From Chthonomonadales bacterium (GTDB lineage Bacteria > Armatimonadota > Chthonomonadetes > Chthonomonadales > CAJBBX01), in assembly GCA_038229495.1 (NCBI GenBank), contig JBBROJ010000004.1:9320-73319 (forward strand): a stretch of DNA of 64,000 bases, written 5' to 3'. Both the position numbers and the translations under genes were made by a program. Every line of letters begins with the position of its first letter. Positions within the stretch are counted from its first letter, which is position 1. The notes under the pieces are model-generated. The model was not told the origin of the DNA, did not search any database, and worked only from the letters and a program-made list of their open reading frames with translations. This document shows positions 45,657 to 54,243 of the stretch, piece after piece.

Positions 45657-46151
45657 ATGGCAGAGAAACAGTCGGCGCCGGAAAAGCCGGTCGAGGACAA
45701 GCCGGTCAAGGAAAAGAAGCGCCGAGTGCCGATACTCCCGATTATCGCGATCGTGGTAGTGCTCAATGTGCTTCTGGTTGGAAAGATCTATATGGGTAGA
45801 GTTGCAAAGAAGAGCCCCGCTGAGTCGTCCAAGATTAAGAAGGAGGAGCCCGTCGGCGTGAAGGTGCCGCTCGAAGAGTTCCTGGTCAATCTCGCCGGCA
45901 GCAGCGAACACTACCTGAAGGCGACATTCGCGATCGGCCTGCGCAAGGGCGAGACGGAAGAGTCGATAAAGGAAGAGGTCGCCCCGATTCGCGATGCAAT
46001 ACTCAGCGTGCTCACCTCAAAGCAGGCGGACGAGCTGGCAACGGAATCCGGCAAAGAGAAGCTCAAGAAAGACATGGTCGGCAAGATCAACAAGGAGATA
46101 GGCGGCGAGAAGGTCCTCAAAGTCTACTTCATGTCCTTCGCAACCCAGTAG
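45657..46151 (+). CDS. fliL: Flagellar basal body-associated protein FliL
   Basis: Lys-rich N-terminus, one TM helix, FLVNLAGSSEHYLKATFAI...KVYFMSFATQ. Confidence 0.9.
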   Translation: MAEKQSAPEKPVEDKPVKEKKRRVPILPIIAIVVVLNVLLVGKIYMGRVAKKSPAESSKIKKEEPVGVKVPLEEFLVNLAGSSEHYLKATFAIGLRKGETEESIKEEVAPIRDAILSVLTSKQADELATESGKEKLKKDMVGKINKEIGGEKVLKVYFMSFATQ

Positions 46152-46181
46152 AAGCAGCAGTAAACACATGTGAGGCTTGAT

Positions 46182-46294
46182 GGGAAGAACGGAAGAAGGG
46201 AAGAAGGGAGGAAGGGAGGCTCGAGTGGCAGCCATCCCGTTCTCCCTTCTCCCCTTCTCCCGTTCTCCCGTTCTCCCGTTCTCCCGTTCTCCCC
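46182..46294. repeat. GGGAAGAA array plus an inverted (CCGTTCTC) x about 6 array, forming a hairpin downstream of fliL
   Basis: gggaagaacggaagaagggaagaagggaggaagggagg ... cccgttctcccttctccccttctcccgttctcccgttctcccgttctcccgttctcccc. Confidence 0.9.
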
Positions 46295-46328
46295 GCCGAC
46301 CTCTTCCATGTTTCCCGCAAAAACTCCC

Positions 46329-46356
46329 TAACTATTTTCCCCACGTTCTCCGATAA
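46329..46356 (+). promoter_or_regulatory. Candidate sigma-28-type promoter upstream of fliM
   Basis: TAAC-N17-CCGATAATTC, 223 nt upstream of the fliM GTG, just after the hairpin array. Confidence 0.4.
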
Positions 46357-46578
46357 TTCAACCGAGGCTGCTTCCGCTTAGCAACCGGCGCGAGCGCGAT
46401 GGCATTGCCGATCCGCGCGATGAGATGCGCGGCCTCACAGTGATCGTTTGAAACCAGGCAGCCGCTTGAGCTGCCGCGCGCGGGTGGAAGGCAAGGCTGG
46501 AATCGGTCAGGAAGGCGGGCTGCCTCACGCCCCGACTCCTTTCTTCTCACAGTCTCCTCCCGTCTGCTCCATCGGAGG

Positions 46579-47655
46579 GTGAAGTTGGTCGAGATTCTTT
46601 CTCAGGCCGAGATTGAGGCGCTCCTCGCGTCGCTGACAAGCGATGGTGATTCCGTCGATCCCGAGCCAGACAGCAGCATTAGCGAGCCCGTACAGTTTAC
46701 GAGGGGGGGAGGCGCGCCCGCATCCGCGCTTGCCCTGTCCTCTCCCACCCGCCCGGATGCGCGCCGCACAATCGCCTACGAGCCCTACGATTTTCGCAGG
46801 CCGGACAAGTTCTCCAAGGATCAGCTGCGCACATTGCAGATGCTCCATGAGACTTTCGCCCGGCTGTTCGCCTCATCCCTGTCCGCCTACCTCCGAGTCT
46901 CCACTCATGTCGATCTCGTAAGCGTCGAGCAGGTTCCCTACAACGAGTACATGCGCTCCCTGACAACGTCGATTATCAACGTTTTCAGCCTCGGGCCGCT
47001 CGAAGGCCAGGCCATCCTGGAGATGGAATTTAACGTCGTCCTCGCCATGATCGATCGTCTTCTGGGCGGGCCAGGCAACATGGTAAAGACCAACACTATG
47101 TTGACGGAAATTGAAAAGGCTCTCACGGAATCCATTATCAATCGCGCCCTCAGGGACCTTCAGACAGCATGGGTCAGCGTGGTCGCTTTTACTGCGAAGC
47201 GCGAAAGCATGGAGACTCAATCGCAATTCATACAGATCGTCCCGCCGAACGATACCATCGTGTCGATTCTGTTCGAGGTAAAGGTTGGCGATCTGCGTGG
47301 CGCGATGAGCCTGTGCATACCCTATCTTCTGCTGAAGCCCATCACTCCAAAGCTTTCGGTACAGCGCTGGTTCTCCTCCACCGCCGGCGAGAACGCGGGC
47401 CAGAATTCGGAACAGCTCGCGAAGCGCCTTTCAAAAGCGAAGGTGACCTGTGTCTGCCGCCTCGGCACTTCGCGAATCACGGTCCGTGAGTTGGTAAATC
47501 TTAGTGCGGGCGACACGGTCCTGCTGGATCGGCGCAATACCGACGAGGTGGACCTGATGATTGGCAACAGCGTAAAGTTTCGCGGCAAGCCCGGCACCGC
47601 GGGCCGCAAAGTCGCGCTCCACATCAACCGTATTGCAGGCGACGACCGCGCCTAA
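46579..47655 (+). CDS. fliM: Flagellar motor switch protein FliM
   Basis: GTG start. N-terminal CheY-P binding motif ILSQAEIEALL. FliM middle domain and C-terminal SpoA-like domain. Confidence 0.93.
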   Translation: MKLVEILSQAEIEALLASLTSDGDSVDPEPDSSISEPVQFTRGGGAPASALALSSPTRPDARRTIAYEPYDFRRPDKFSKDQLRTLQMLHETFARLFASSLSAYLRVSTHVDLVSVEQVPYNEYMRSLTTSIINVFSLGPLEGQAILEMEFNVVLAMIDRLLGGPGNMVKTNTMLTEIEKALTESIINRALRDLQTAWVSVVAFTAKRESMETQSQFIQIVPPNDTIVSILFEVKVGDLRGAMSLCIPYLLLKPITPKLSVQRWFSSTAGENAGQNSEQLAKRLSKAKVTCVCRLGTSRITVRELVNLSAGDTVLLDRRNTDEVDLMIGNSVKFRGKPGTAGRKVALHINRIAGDDRA

Positions 47656-47735
47656 GCGAACCAGGGGTTGAAACCTGTGGCTGTTAGTGCAAAGTCGGCC
47701 TGCGCCGACCCCAGACGAAGCTATAGATTTGCAAG

Positions 47736-47788
47736 TCCTAAATCCTAAATCCCGACCTGAGATCTGAAACCTGAAACCTGAAACCTGA
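47736..47788. repeat. (TCCTAAA)x2 and (CTGAAAC)x3 tandem units in the fliM-fliY spacer
   Basis: tcctaaatcctaaatccc ... ctgaaacctgaaacctgaaacctga, then AAGGAG and the ATG. Confidence 0.85.
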
Positions 47789-47803
47789 CTCAAGGAGCCT
47801 CTC

Positions 47804-48820
47804 ATGTCTGAACTATCCAGCGCCCGGCTTACAGCATTCCAAACGGTAATCGAACCCCTTGCCGAGGCGTTTGCGATGTCGCTCTCGGAGAATATCAACC
47901 AGCTCGCCGTGTTCGATCCGCCTGTCATTACGCAGGAATCGATCAGCGCGCTGATCTCCGATCCGGAGCCGGTAATCCAGACCTCGTTCACCTTCCCGAC
48001 ACTCTGCGAGGATGAGGCGGCCGTTCTATTCTCGGAGTCCGATTCGCATATCCTGGCAGATATTATCGGAATGGGCGACGGAAGCGAGCCCCCCGAGATG
48101 CTGGAAGAGGAGCACATCGAGCGGCTGAGCGCTGCAATGGCCGGATTCGTTCAGGGCATCGGCACGGCAATCGGCAACGTCCTTAGCCAGCCGGTTGCGC
48201 CCGGGCCCGGCTGCTCGACAAAACTGGTCCCAATGACTCTCTCCGCCGGGTTTCTCACAGCGGGCTACGCCGTCCAAATCGCGTTCCCATATCGCGTCGA
48301 AGGGTTGATTGACGGCACTTTCCGGATTCTGGTCACACCGGATACGGCGCGCGCAATAACTCCCGGCGTCGAAGAAGAGTTGCCCGGCGAGCAGAACGAT
48401 ATTCAGGCGATCAATGCGGCAGAGGTTCCCCCCGCGCAGGCGGGCGCCGCGCCCGGGATATCGATGGCCGGCGCGACCCCGGCGTCCGACTTCGGCACGC
48501 ATTCGTTCCAGCCCTTCGAGGTCCTCGGCGGTGTTCAGGATGCCATGCCTCGCGGCATGGACATCATCATGGACATTCCTCTCGATGTCTCCGTAGAGCT
48601 TGGGCGCGTCCAGATGCTTATCAAGGACGTGCTGGAACTGGCCACAGGCTCCATCGTAGAGCTTGAGCGCGTGGCGGGCGAGCCTATCGATCTGATGGTG
48701 AACGGGCAGCTCATCGCCAAAGGCGAGGTAGTCGTTATCGAAGACAACTTCGGCATCCGCATCACCGAAATCGTCAGCCCCTCCGACCGCCTGAACACCG
48801 CCGGCAAGCGCGCCGCGTAG
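47804..48820 (+). CDS. fliY: Flagellar motor switch protein FliN with a long N-terminal extension (FliY-like)
   Basis: C-terminal SpoA/FliN domain (IPLDVSVELGRVQMLIKDVLELATGSIVELERVAGEPIDLMVNGQLIAKGEVVVIEDNFGIRITEI). About 240 aa of N-terminal extension, possibly CheC-like. Confidence 0.85.
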   Translation: MSELSSARLTAFQTVIEPLAEAFAMSLSENINQLAVFDPPVITQESISALISDPEPVIQTSFTFPTLCEDEAAVLFSESDSHILADIIGMGDGSEPPEMLEEEHIERLSAAMAGFVQGIGTAIGNVLSQPVAPGPGCSTKLVPMTLSAGFLTAGYAVQIAFPYRVEGLIDGTFRILVTPDTARAITPGVEEELPGEQNDIQAINAAEVPPAQAGAAPGISMAGATPASDFGTHSFQPFEVLGGVQDAMPRGMDIIMDIPLDVSVELGRVQMLIKDVLELATGSIVELERVAGEPIDLMVNGQLIAKGEVVVIEDNFGIRITEIVSPSDRLNTAGKRAA

Positions 48821-48833
48821 GTTGTCGATCAAT

Positions 48834-48900
48834 GGGGTCAATGGGTCAATGGGTCAATGGGTGCCCGTTTATTTACTCATTTACAAATTGACTGGTTTAC
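48834..48900. repeat. (GGTCAATG)x3 plus degenerate inverted units in the fliY-fliO spacer
   Basis: ggggtcaatgggtcaatgggtcaatgggtg ... tttactcatttacaaattgactggtttac. Confidence 0.8.
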
Positions 48901-48944
48901 GCATCTGAAGTAAGCAAGAGGTCAGACGTTACAGGAGGCCCGAA

Positions 48945-50069
48945 ATGAGAAGCAAATGGAAGGCAGCAATCGGATCTACAATCGTCTTAGCAATGTCGGG
49001 CGCGGCGCTCGGCCAGGCTGCCTCAGTCGAGAAGGCTGGAAAGCAGCTTCCAATCAAATTCAGCATCGCCGGCCGGATAACCGATGAGCGCGTGAATGTT
49101 CGGCAGGGACCCGGAAGCGATTACAAGCGCGCGACGCTCGTCGACAAGGATACGCGCGTCGTCATCACAGCTCGCGAGGGTGATTGGCTGCAAGTCTCGC
49201 TTCCCGACGGAACGGCGGGATGGGTCGGAGCGAGATTCACGGAATCCCAAAAAGCCCTGCCGAAAGCCGCGGTTCCCAAGGTCATCCGTATCGCCTCGGT
49301 CGCTCCGGCCGCCGTAAATACAGTTCCGCCGATAAAGCCCGCGCCAGTGGCCCTCAAGCCTGCCGCTCCCGCTGTTCATCCGGCCTCTGGCACCCCCACC
49401 GTGTCCAAGACAGCCGCGCCGACTCCGGGCAGGAAGGCGGCGGATGTCGAGAAGGATGTCATGGGAGCGCTAGTGGGCACGAAGCCCGACCTCCTCAGCA
49501 GCGCGAGGCAGAGTCCCGCCACCACGCTCGCCGATTCATTCCGAATGGTTGTCGTTTTGCTGCCGGTCCTTGCTCTTATCGTGCTCGCCGTGCGCGGCCT
49601 GAAGGGCCTTCAGCAGCGCACGGGCAGGATCCCGGACTTCCGCAAGGGCCTTCGCAGCGGCATTCTGGGCGGCTTCAATCTATCCAACGCCCGCAGGAGC
49701 GGCGGCAGCTCAATTCGCGTCATCGAATCCGTCCCTATCGGCTCCGCGGGTCTCCATCTCGTGGAGGTGCGCGGACGCGTCCTGCTCCTTGGAGCAACCG
49801 GCAGCTCGATATCAACATTGGCCGAGCTGAGCGAAACGCAGCCCGCCTATGCAGAGGGTGGCGATTCCGATTTCCGTTCGCTGCTCAACAATATGTCCGA
49901 CGATCTGCATGAGGACTACTCCGACATTCAGGGGGGGCTCGGCAGGGTTGTCGGCTCGCTCGAAGATCAGATACGTGAAGCGCGGGAATCCATCGCGCAG
50001 AGCGCCGTTCGCAGCAGCACGTCGCGTTGGAAGGAATCGGACGATGAAGAAACTTCCTACAATCACTAA
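48945..50069 (+). CDS. fliO: FliO-like protein with an N-terminal signal peptide and an SH3b domain
   Basis: Signal peptide. SH3b-like region RVNVRQGPGSDYKRATLVDKDTRVVITAREGDWLQVSLPDGTAGWVGARF. Pro/Ala linker. FliO core (TM helix VVVLLPVLALIVLAV plus IRVIESVPIGSAGLHLVEVRGRVLLLGATGSSIS). Confidence 0.7.
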   Translation: MRSKWKAAIGSTIVLAMSGAALGQAASVEKAGKQLPIKFSIAGRITDERVNVRQGPGSDYKRATLVDKDTRVVITAREGDWLQVSLPDGTAGWVGARFTESQKALPKAAVPKVIRIASVAPAAVNTVPPIKPAPVALKPAAPAVHPASGTPTVSKTAAPTPGRKAADVEKDVMGALVGTKPDLLSSARQSPATTLADSFRMVVVLLPVLALIVLAVRGLKGLQQRTGRIPDFRKGLRSGILGGFNLSNARRSGGSSIRVIESVPIGSAGLHLVEVRGRVLLLGATGSSISTLAELSETQPAYAEGGDSDFRSLLNNMSDDLHEDYSDIQGGLGRVVGSLEDQIREARESIAQSAVRSSTSRWKESDDEETSYNH

Positions 50070-50961
50070 ACAGATCGATGAGGCGATGAGGCGCGGTAAC
50101 GATAAGGCGAAACGGCGGCTTTCCCCTCATCCCCTCATCTCCTCATCGCCTCATCCGTTCTTTACTACCCGTCTCATCCACACGCTTACCGGCAGGAAGG
50201 CTCTGTTGTGCCTGGTCGGCCTGCTGCTAGTGATAGGAATCTGCGGTGGAGTCGCGGCGCAGGGCGGCGGAGGGCTGGTGGGCGTGCCGAAGATCTCGCT
50301 CGGCATGGAGGCGTCCAAGAATCCGAAGGACGTTGCGGTGACGCTGCAAGTGCTCCTGCTGATGACCGTCCTTACGCTCGCGCCGTCGCTGCTCATTATG
50401 ACGACCGCGTTTACGCGAATCATAATCGTGCTCTCGATTCTGCGCAGCGCGCTCGGTCTGCCCCAGATTCCCCCGAATCAGGTACTCGTAGGTCTCGCGC
50501 TCTTCATGACCTTCTTCGTTATGCGGCCAACCTTCGAGAAAGTCAATGATGACGCTTTGCAGCCCTACTTCAGCAACAAGATCACGTTTCAGCAGGGTAT
50601 CGACAGGGCGGCCAGCCCGCTCCATTCGTTCATGATTCACCAGACATACCGCAAGGATCTCGCCTTCTTCCTCGGAATGGCAAAGCTGAAGCAGGCCCCG
50701 AAGAACGAGCAGCAGATTCCTTTCACGGTCGTAGTGCCGGCCTTCATAACGAGTGAGTTGAAGACCGCCTTCATCATGGGTTTCTACATCTATCTGCCGT
50801 TCCTGATTATCGACATCGTCGTGGCCTCCACGCTCATGAGCATGGGCATGATGATGCTCCCGCCAACCATTATCGCGCTGCCGGCAAAGCTGCTTCTCTT
50901 CGTGATGGCGGACGGATGGACCCTTCTCCTGGGCTCGCTCGCGAAAGGATTCCGCCCGTAA
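50044..50961 (+). CDS. fliP: Flagellar export apparatus protein FliP
   Basis: Conserved core LLLMTVLTLAPSLLIMTTAFTRIIIVLSILRSALG...PAFITSELKTAF. The start is uncertain (ATG 50044 or 50089). The N-terminus includes a CCTCATC-type repeat at about 50118-50160. Confidence 0.88.
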   Translation: MKKLPTITKQIDEAMRRGNDKAKRRLSPHPLISSSPHPFFTTRLIHTLTGRKALLCLVGLLLVIGICGGVAAQGGGGLVGVPKISLGMEASKNPKDVAVTLQVLLLMTVLTLAPSLLIMTTAFTRIIIVLSILRSALGLPQIPPNQVLVGLALFMTFFVMRPTFEKVNDDALQPYFSNKITFQQGIDRAASPLHSFMIHQTYRKDLAFFLGMAKLKQAPKNEQQIPFTVVVPAFITSELKTAFIMGFYIYLPFLIIDIVVASTLMSMGMMMLPPTIIALPAKLLLFVMADGWTLLLGSLAKGFRP

Positions 50962-51230
50962 TGTCGCAGCAAGAGGTCCTCACAATCGGGCGCACGTGCC
51001 TCATGGTGACGCTCCAGCTTGCGCTGCCCATCCTTCTTTTCGGGCTGGTGGCGGGCGTGCTCGTGAGCATCTTCCAGGCGGTTACGCAGATTCAGGAGTT
51101 CACGCTCACGTTCATTCCGAAGCTGCTTGCCGTCCTGCTCGCCCTGGCGATATTCGGCCCCTGGATGCTCGCCACCATGGTGAACTTCATCGTCACCATC
51201 TTCAACCATATGCCCACCGTAACGCAGTAG
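50961..51230 (+). CDS. fliQ: Flagellar export apparatus protein FliQ
   Basis: ATG 50961 overlaps the fliP stop (TAATG). 89 aa, two TM helices, ILLFGLVAGVLVSIFQAVTQIQE. Confidence 0.92.
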   Translation: MSQQEVLTIGRTCLMVTLQLALPILLFGLVAGVLVSIFQAVTQIQEFTLTFIPKLLAVLLALAIFGPWMLATMVNFIVTIFNHMPTVTQ

Positions 51231-51300
51231 GGATTAGGGACGAGGATTGAGGGATGCGAACATCTCTCCTTTCCTCATCCCTCATCCCACATCCCTAATC
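51228..51300. repeat. GGGATKAGG array plus an inverted CCTCATCCC array (hairpin) in the fliQ-fliR spacer
   Basis: tagggattagggacgaggattgagggatg ... cctttcctcatccctcatcccacatccctaatc. Confidence 0.85.
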
Positions 51301-51303
51301 TCT

Positions 51304-52074
51304 ATGTCCATCGGCGTACACGAATTCTGGTCCTGCGTACTCATCTTCGCCAGGGTGGCCGCGCTCTTCACGACCGCGCCCATCTTTGGGAATCGCGCGA
51401 TTCCCAAGCAGGTGAAGGTCGGTCTCGCGGCGCTCATTACGCTTGCGCTGCTGCCGCTCGTCGGTCCAAAGGTCGGCGCCGCGCCCGTTGACCTGGTTTC
51501 GATGGCCGGGCAGGTAGCGGCGGAGACGGCGGTCGGCCTCTGCCTCGGATTCATGGTTCAGCTTCTGCTCTCCGCATTCCAGATGGCCGGCTACTACATC
51601 GATACGCAGATGGGATTCGGTATCATCAACATCCTGAACCCGTTCACGGAGCAGCAGACCTCCGCCATGGGCCAGTTCATGTACCAGCTCGGCATGACCC
51701 TCTTCCTTGTCGGCGGCGGCCATCTATTCCTCATCAGCACCGTCGCGGGCAGCTATCTCACCGTGGCGCCCGGCGGAGCGCACTTTAACGGCGACATGTC
51801 CGGCGCGTTCACCGGATTCCTGGGACAGCTTTTCATTGTGGCCATCAAGATCGCCGCGCCTGCCGCCGCGGTGCTGCTGGTCGTGGACGTAGCGTTTGGA
51901 ATCATCGCGCGGACGGTGCCGCAGATGAACGTTTTCATCGTCGGCATGCCCGTCAAGATCATCGTCGGAGTCCTGACCCTGGCGCTGGTTCTGCCTGTAG
52001 TCGCCCTCGTCGTAACTCAAATTCCAACCTTCATTGCGAGCGGCGCGCAAACTTTGCTCCAGGCTGCACGTTAG
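51304..52074 (+). CDS. fliR: Flagellar export apparatus protein FliR
   Basis: ATG 51304 (MSIGVHEF...). IFARVAALFTTAPIFG, 6-7 TM helices. Confidence 0.92.
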   Translation: MSIGVHEFWSCVLIFARVAALFTTAPIFGNRAIPKQVKVGLAALITLALLPLVGPKVGAAPVDLVSMAGQVAAETAVGLCLGFMVQLLLSAFQMAGYYIDTQMGFGIINILNPFTEQQTSAMGQFMYQLGMTLFLVGGGHLFLISTVAGSYLTVAPGGAHFNGDMSGAFTGFLGQLFIVAIKIAAPAAAVLLVVDVAFGIIARTVPQMNVFIVGMPVKIIVGVLTLALVLPVVALVVTQIPTFIASGAQTLLQAAR

Positions 52075-52089
52075 TAGTAGGATTTAGTC

Positions 52090-53175
52090 ATGGCTGGAGG
52101 AGACGCGGGCGAAAAAACGGAGGCGGCGACACCTCGCAAACGCAGCGAGCTGCGCAGGCAGGGGCAGATTGCCAAGAGCCAGGACCTCTCGTCGATGGTC
52201 GTCTTTATGGGGACTATCCTGTGCCTGCATGCGGTTGGCGGGGCGTCGGCCTCTCGGCTGCGCGACTACCTCAAGACGTCCCTTCTAAATGCCAATGCTA
52301 CGCCTTTGAGCACGCACGTTCTCTACGCGAAGGCATGGCAGTCCGCCGCGCTCATTGCGGCTACTACCGGCCCCTACCTGATGACGGCTATGCTGCTCGG
52401 CGTGCTGGTCAACCTGCTTCAGACCGGGTTCCTTGTCTCGCCGCAAGCGCTCAAGCCGGACTTCAATCGCCTCAATCCGCTGAATGGCTTGAAGCGGTTC
52501 GTTTCCATGCGCGGCATCGTGGAGACGGCCAAGAACATCGCGAAGATCGCGATTATTGCCTGGATCTCCTGGTCCACCATTTCGGGCGGTTATCAGGAGT
52601 TGCTCGCGACTATTCGGATGGACCTGCCGACGATCGTAGGCACTATTGGCGATATCCTCTTCCGCCTGATGATTCGCATATCGGCATTCCTCCTCATCCT
52701 CGCCGCCGCGGACTTCGGCTATCAGAAACACTCCTTCGAGAAGTCGATTCGGATGACCAAGCAGGAGGTGAAGATGGAATCGAAGCAGCAGGAGGGCGAC
52801 CCGCTCATCAAGAGCCGAATCCGCGCGCGCCAAAGGCAGATCGCCAAAAAGCGCATGATGTCGTCCGTGCCGCTGGCGGACGTGATTATCACGAACCCGA
52901 CCCACTTCGCGGTAGCTTTGCGGTACGATCAGGCGAATATGGGATCGCCTCAAGTAGTGGCCAAGGGCGCGGACCTCCTTGCTCAGAAGATTCGCGAGCT
53001 GGCGATGGAGCATGACATTCCTATCGTCGAGAACCCTCCGCTCGCTCGCAATCTCTACAAGAACGTGGAGATCGGCCGGGAAATACCCCCCGACCTCTTC
53101 GCGCCCGTCGCCGAAGTCCTCGCCTATGTTTACGCCATCAACGCCCGCAGACGTCAGCGCGCGGGGATCGCATAG
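52090..53175 (+). CDS. flhB: Flagellar export switch protein FlhB
   Basis: EKTEAATPRKRSELRRQGQIAKSQDL and the NPTH autocleavage site (ITNPTHFAVAL). Confidence 0.95.
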   Translation: MAGGDAGEKTEAATPRKRSELRRQGQIAKSQDLSSMVVFMGTILCLHAVGGASASRLRDYLKTSLLNANATPLSTHVLYAKAWQSAALIAATTGPYLMTAMLLGVLVNLLQTGFLVSPQALKPDFNRLNPLNGLKRFVSMRGIVETAKNIAKIAIIAWISWSTISGGYQELLATIRMDLPTIVGTIGDILFRLMIRISAFLLILAAADFGYQKHSFEKSIRMTKQEVKMESKQQEGDPLIKSRIRARQRQIAKKRMMSSVPLADVIITNPTHFAVALRYDQANMGSPQVVAKGADLLAQKIRELAMEHDIPIVENPPLARNLYKNVEIGREIPPDLFAPVAEVLAYVYAINARRRQRAGIA

Positions 53176-53206
53176 GCTTACTCGTATTGGTCGGCAGGAA
53201 TACGCA

Positions 53207-53245
53207 AACGGGCCGCGAATTCGATTCGCGGCCCGTTCGTCTATA
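53207..53245 (+). terminator. Strong terminator hairpin after flhB
   Basis: aacgggccgcgaat-tcg-attcgcggcccgtt: 14-bp perfect stem followed by a T/A-rich tail. Confidence 0.7.
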
Positions 53246-53283
53246 TTATCTTAAAGACTGGCCCTGGGCAGGGGAGAGAAAGC

Positions 53284-54243
53284 TTGGAAAAGGTCGTGGT
53301 GGTAGGAAAGAGCTGGAAACTGTTCGATGAGGCAATCCACATTATCGAGGAGGCCGGCGGAACGGTGATCCACCTGGACAGCCTGGACCCGGAGGTGATT
53401 GCCGGCGCCTGCAGCGATGCATCCGCCGTCATGGCGATTCTCGCGCCGATTCCGGCTTCGGTCATCAATCGCCTGGAAAAATGCAAGGTGATCGTCCGCG
53501 TGGGCGTGGGCTACGACAGTGTGGATGTCGAGGCGGCGAGGGAGCGTGGTATTCCCGTGTGCAACGTGCCCGATTACTGTACCGACGAAGTCGCGGACCA
53601 CACACTCGCGCTGACTCTCGCTCTGGCACGCGCTCTCCCGCTTTTGGATCGCAGCCTGCGCGTACAGACGTGGAAACCGGTCCTGCCCTACCCAATCCAC
53701 TCTTCCGAGAATTTGACGTTCGGGGTTGTTGGCTTTGGCCGCATAGGCCGGGCCGCCGTTCAACGCGCCAGGGTCTTCGAATACCGTCTCGCGGCGTGCG
53801 ACCCCTACGCAGCCCCCGAGGTGTTTGCGGAGGAGGGCGTCGCGCGAATGGACATCGATACCATTACCGCTTGCGCCGACATCCTATCATTGCACGCCCC
53901 GCTCACGCCGGAGACAGATCGACTGTTCGATGCCGCGCGCCTCTCGAAAATGAAGACCGGGGCCATCCTCATCAATACCGCGCGAGGACAATTGGTTGAC
54001 AATCATGCGCTCGCGGAGGCGCTTGCCGGCGGAAGATTGGCGGCCGCGGGCATTGACGTATTCGAAGAGGAGCCGCTACCGCCGGACCACCCCCTGCTCG
54101 CCTGCCCAACGGCTCTCCTCACGCCTCACTATGCGTGGCACAGTGCGGAGAGCGAGCGCCGGCTGCACCGGCGCTCCGCGGAAGAGGTGGCGCGCGCGCT
54201 TCGGGGCCGCCCGCTGCACTGCTCGGTCAGCGCTTTCTCGTGA
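53284..54243 (+). CDS. D-isomer-specific 2-hydroxyacid dehydrogenase family protein
   Basis: TTG start. NAD motif GFGRIGR, and LHAPLTPET...INTARG...DVFEEEP...TPHYAW. Confidence 0.88.
   Translation: MEKVVVVGKSWKLFDEAIHIIEEAGGTVIHLDSLDPEVIAGACSDASAVMAILAPIPASVINRLEKCKVIVRVGVGYDSVDVEAARERGIPVCNVPDYCTDEVADHTLALTLALARALPLLDRSLRVQTWKPVLPYPIHSSENLTFGVVGFGRIGRAAVQRARVFEYRLAACDPYAAPEVFAEEGVARMDIDTITACADILSLHAPLTPETDRLFDAARLSKMKTGAILINTARGQLVDNHALAEALAGGRLAAAGIDVFEEEPLPPDHPLLACPTALLTPHYAWHSAESERRLHRRSAEEVARALRGRPLHCSVSAFS

Noticed and set aside
53284-54243. Whether flhA had been missed or mis-called downstream of flhB.
   Set aside because: The ORF after the terminator has a clear GxGxxG 2-hydroxyacid dehydrogenase sequence. 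No frame in 53.2-54.6 kb resembles FlhA.
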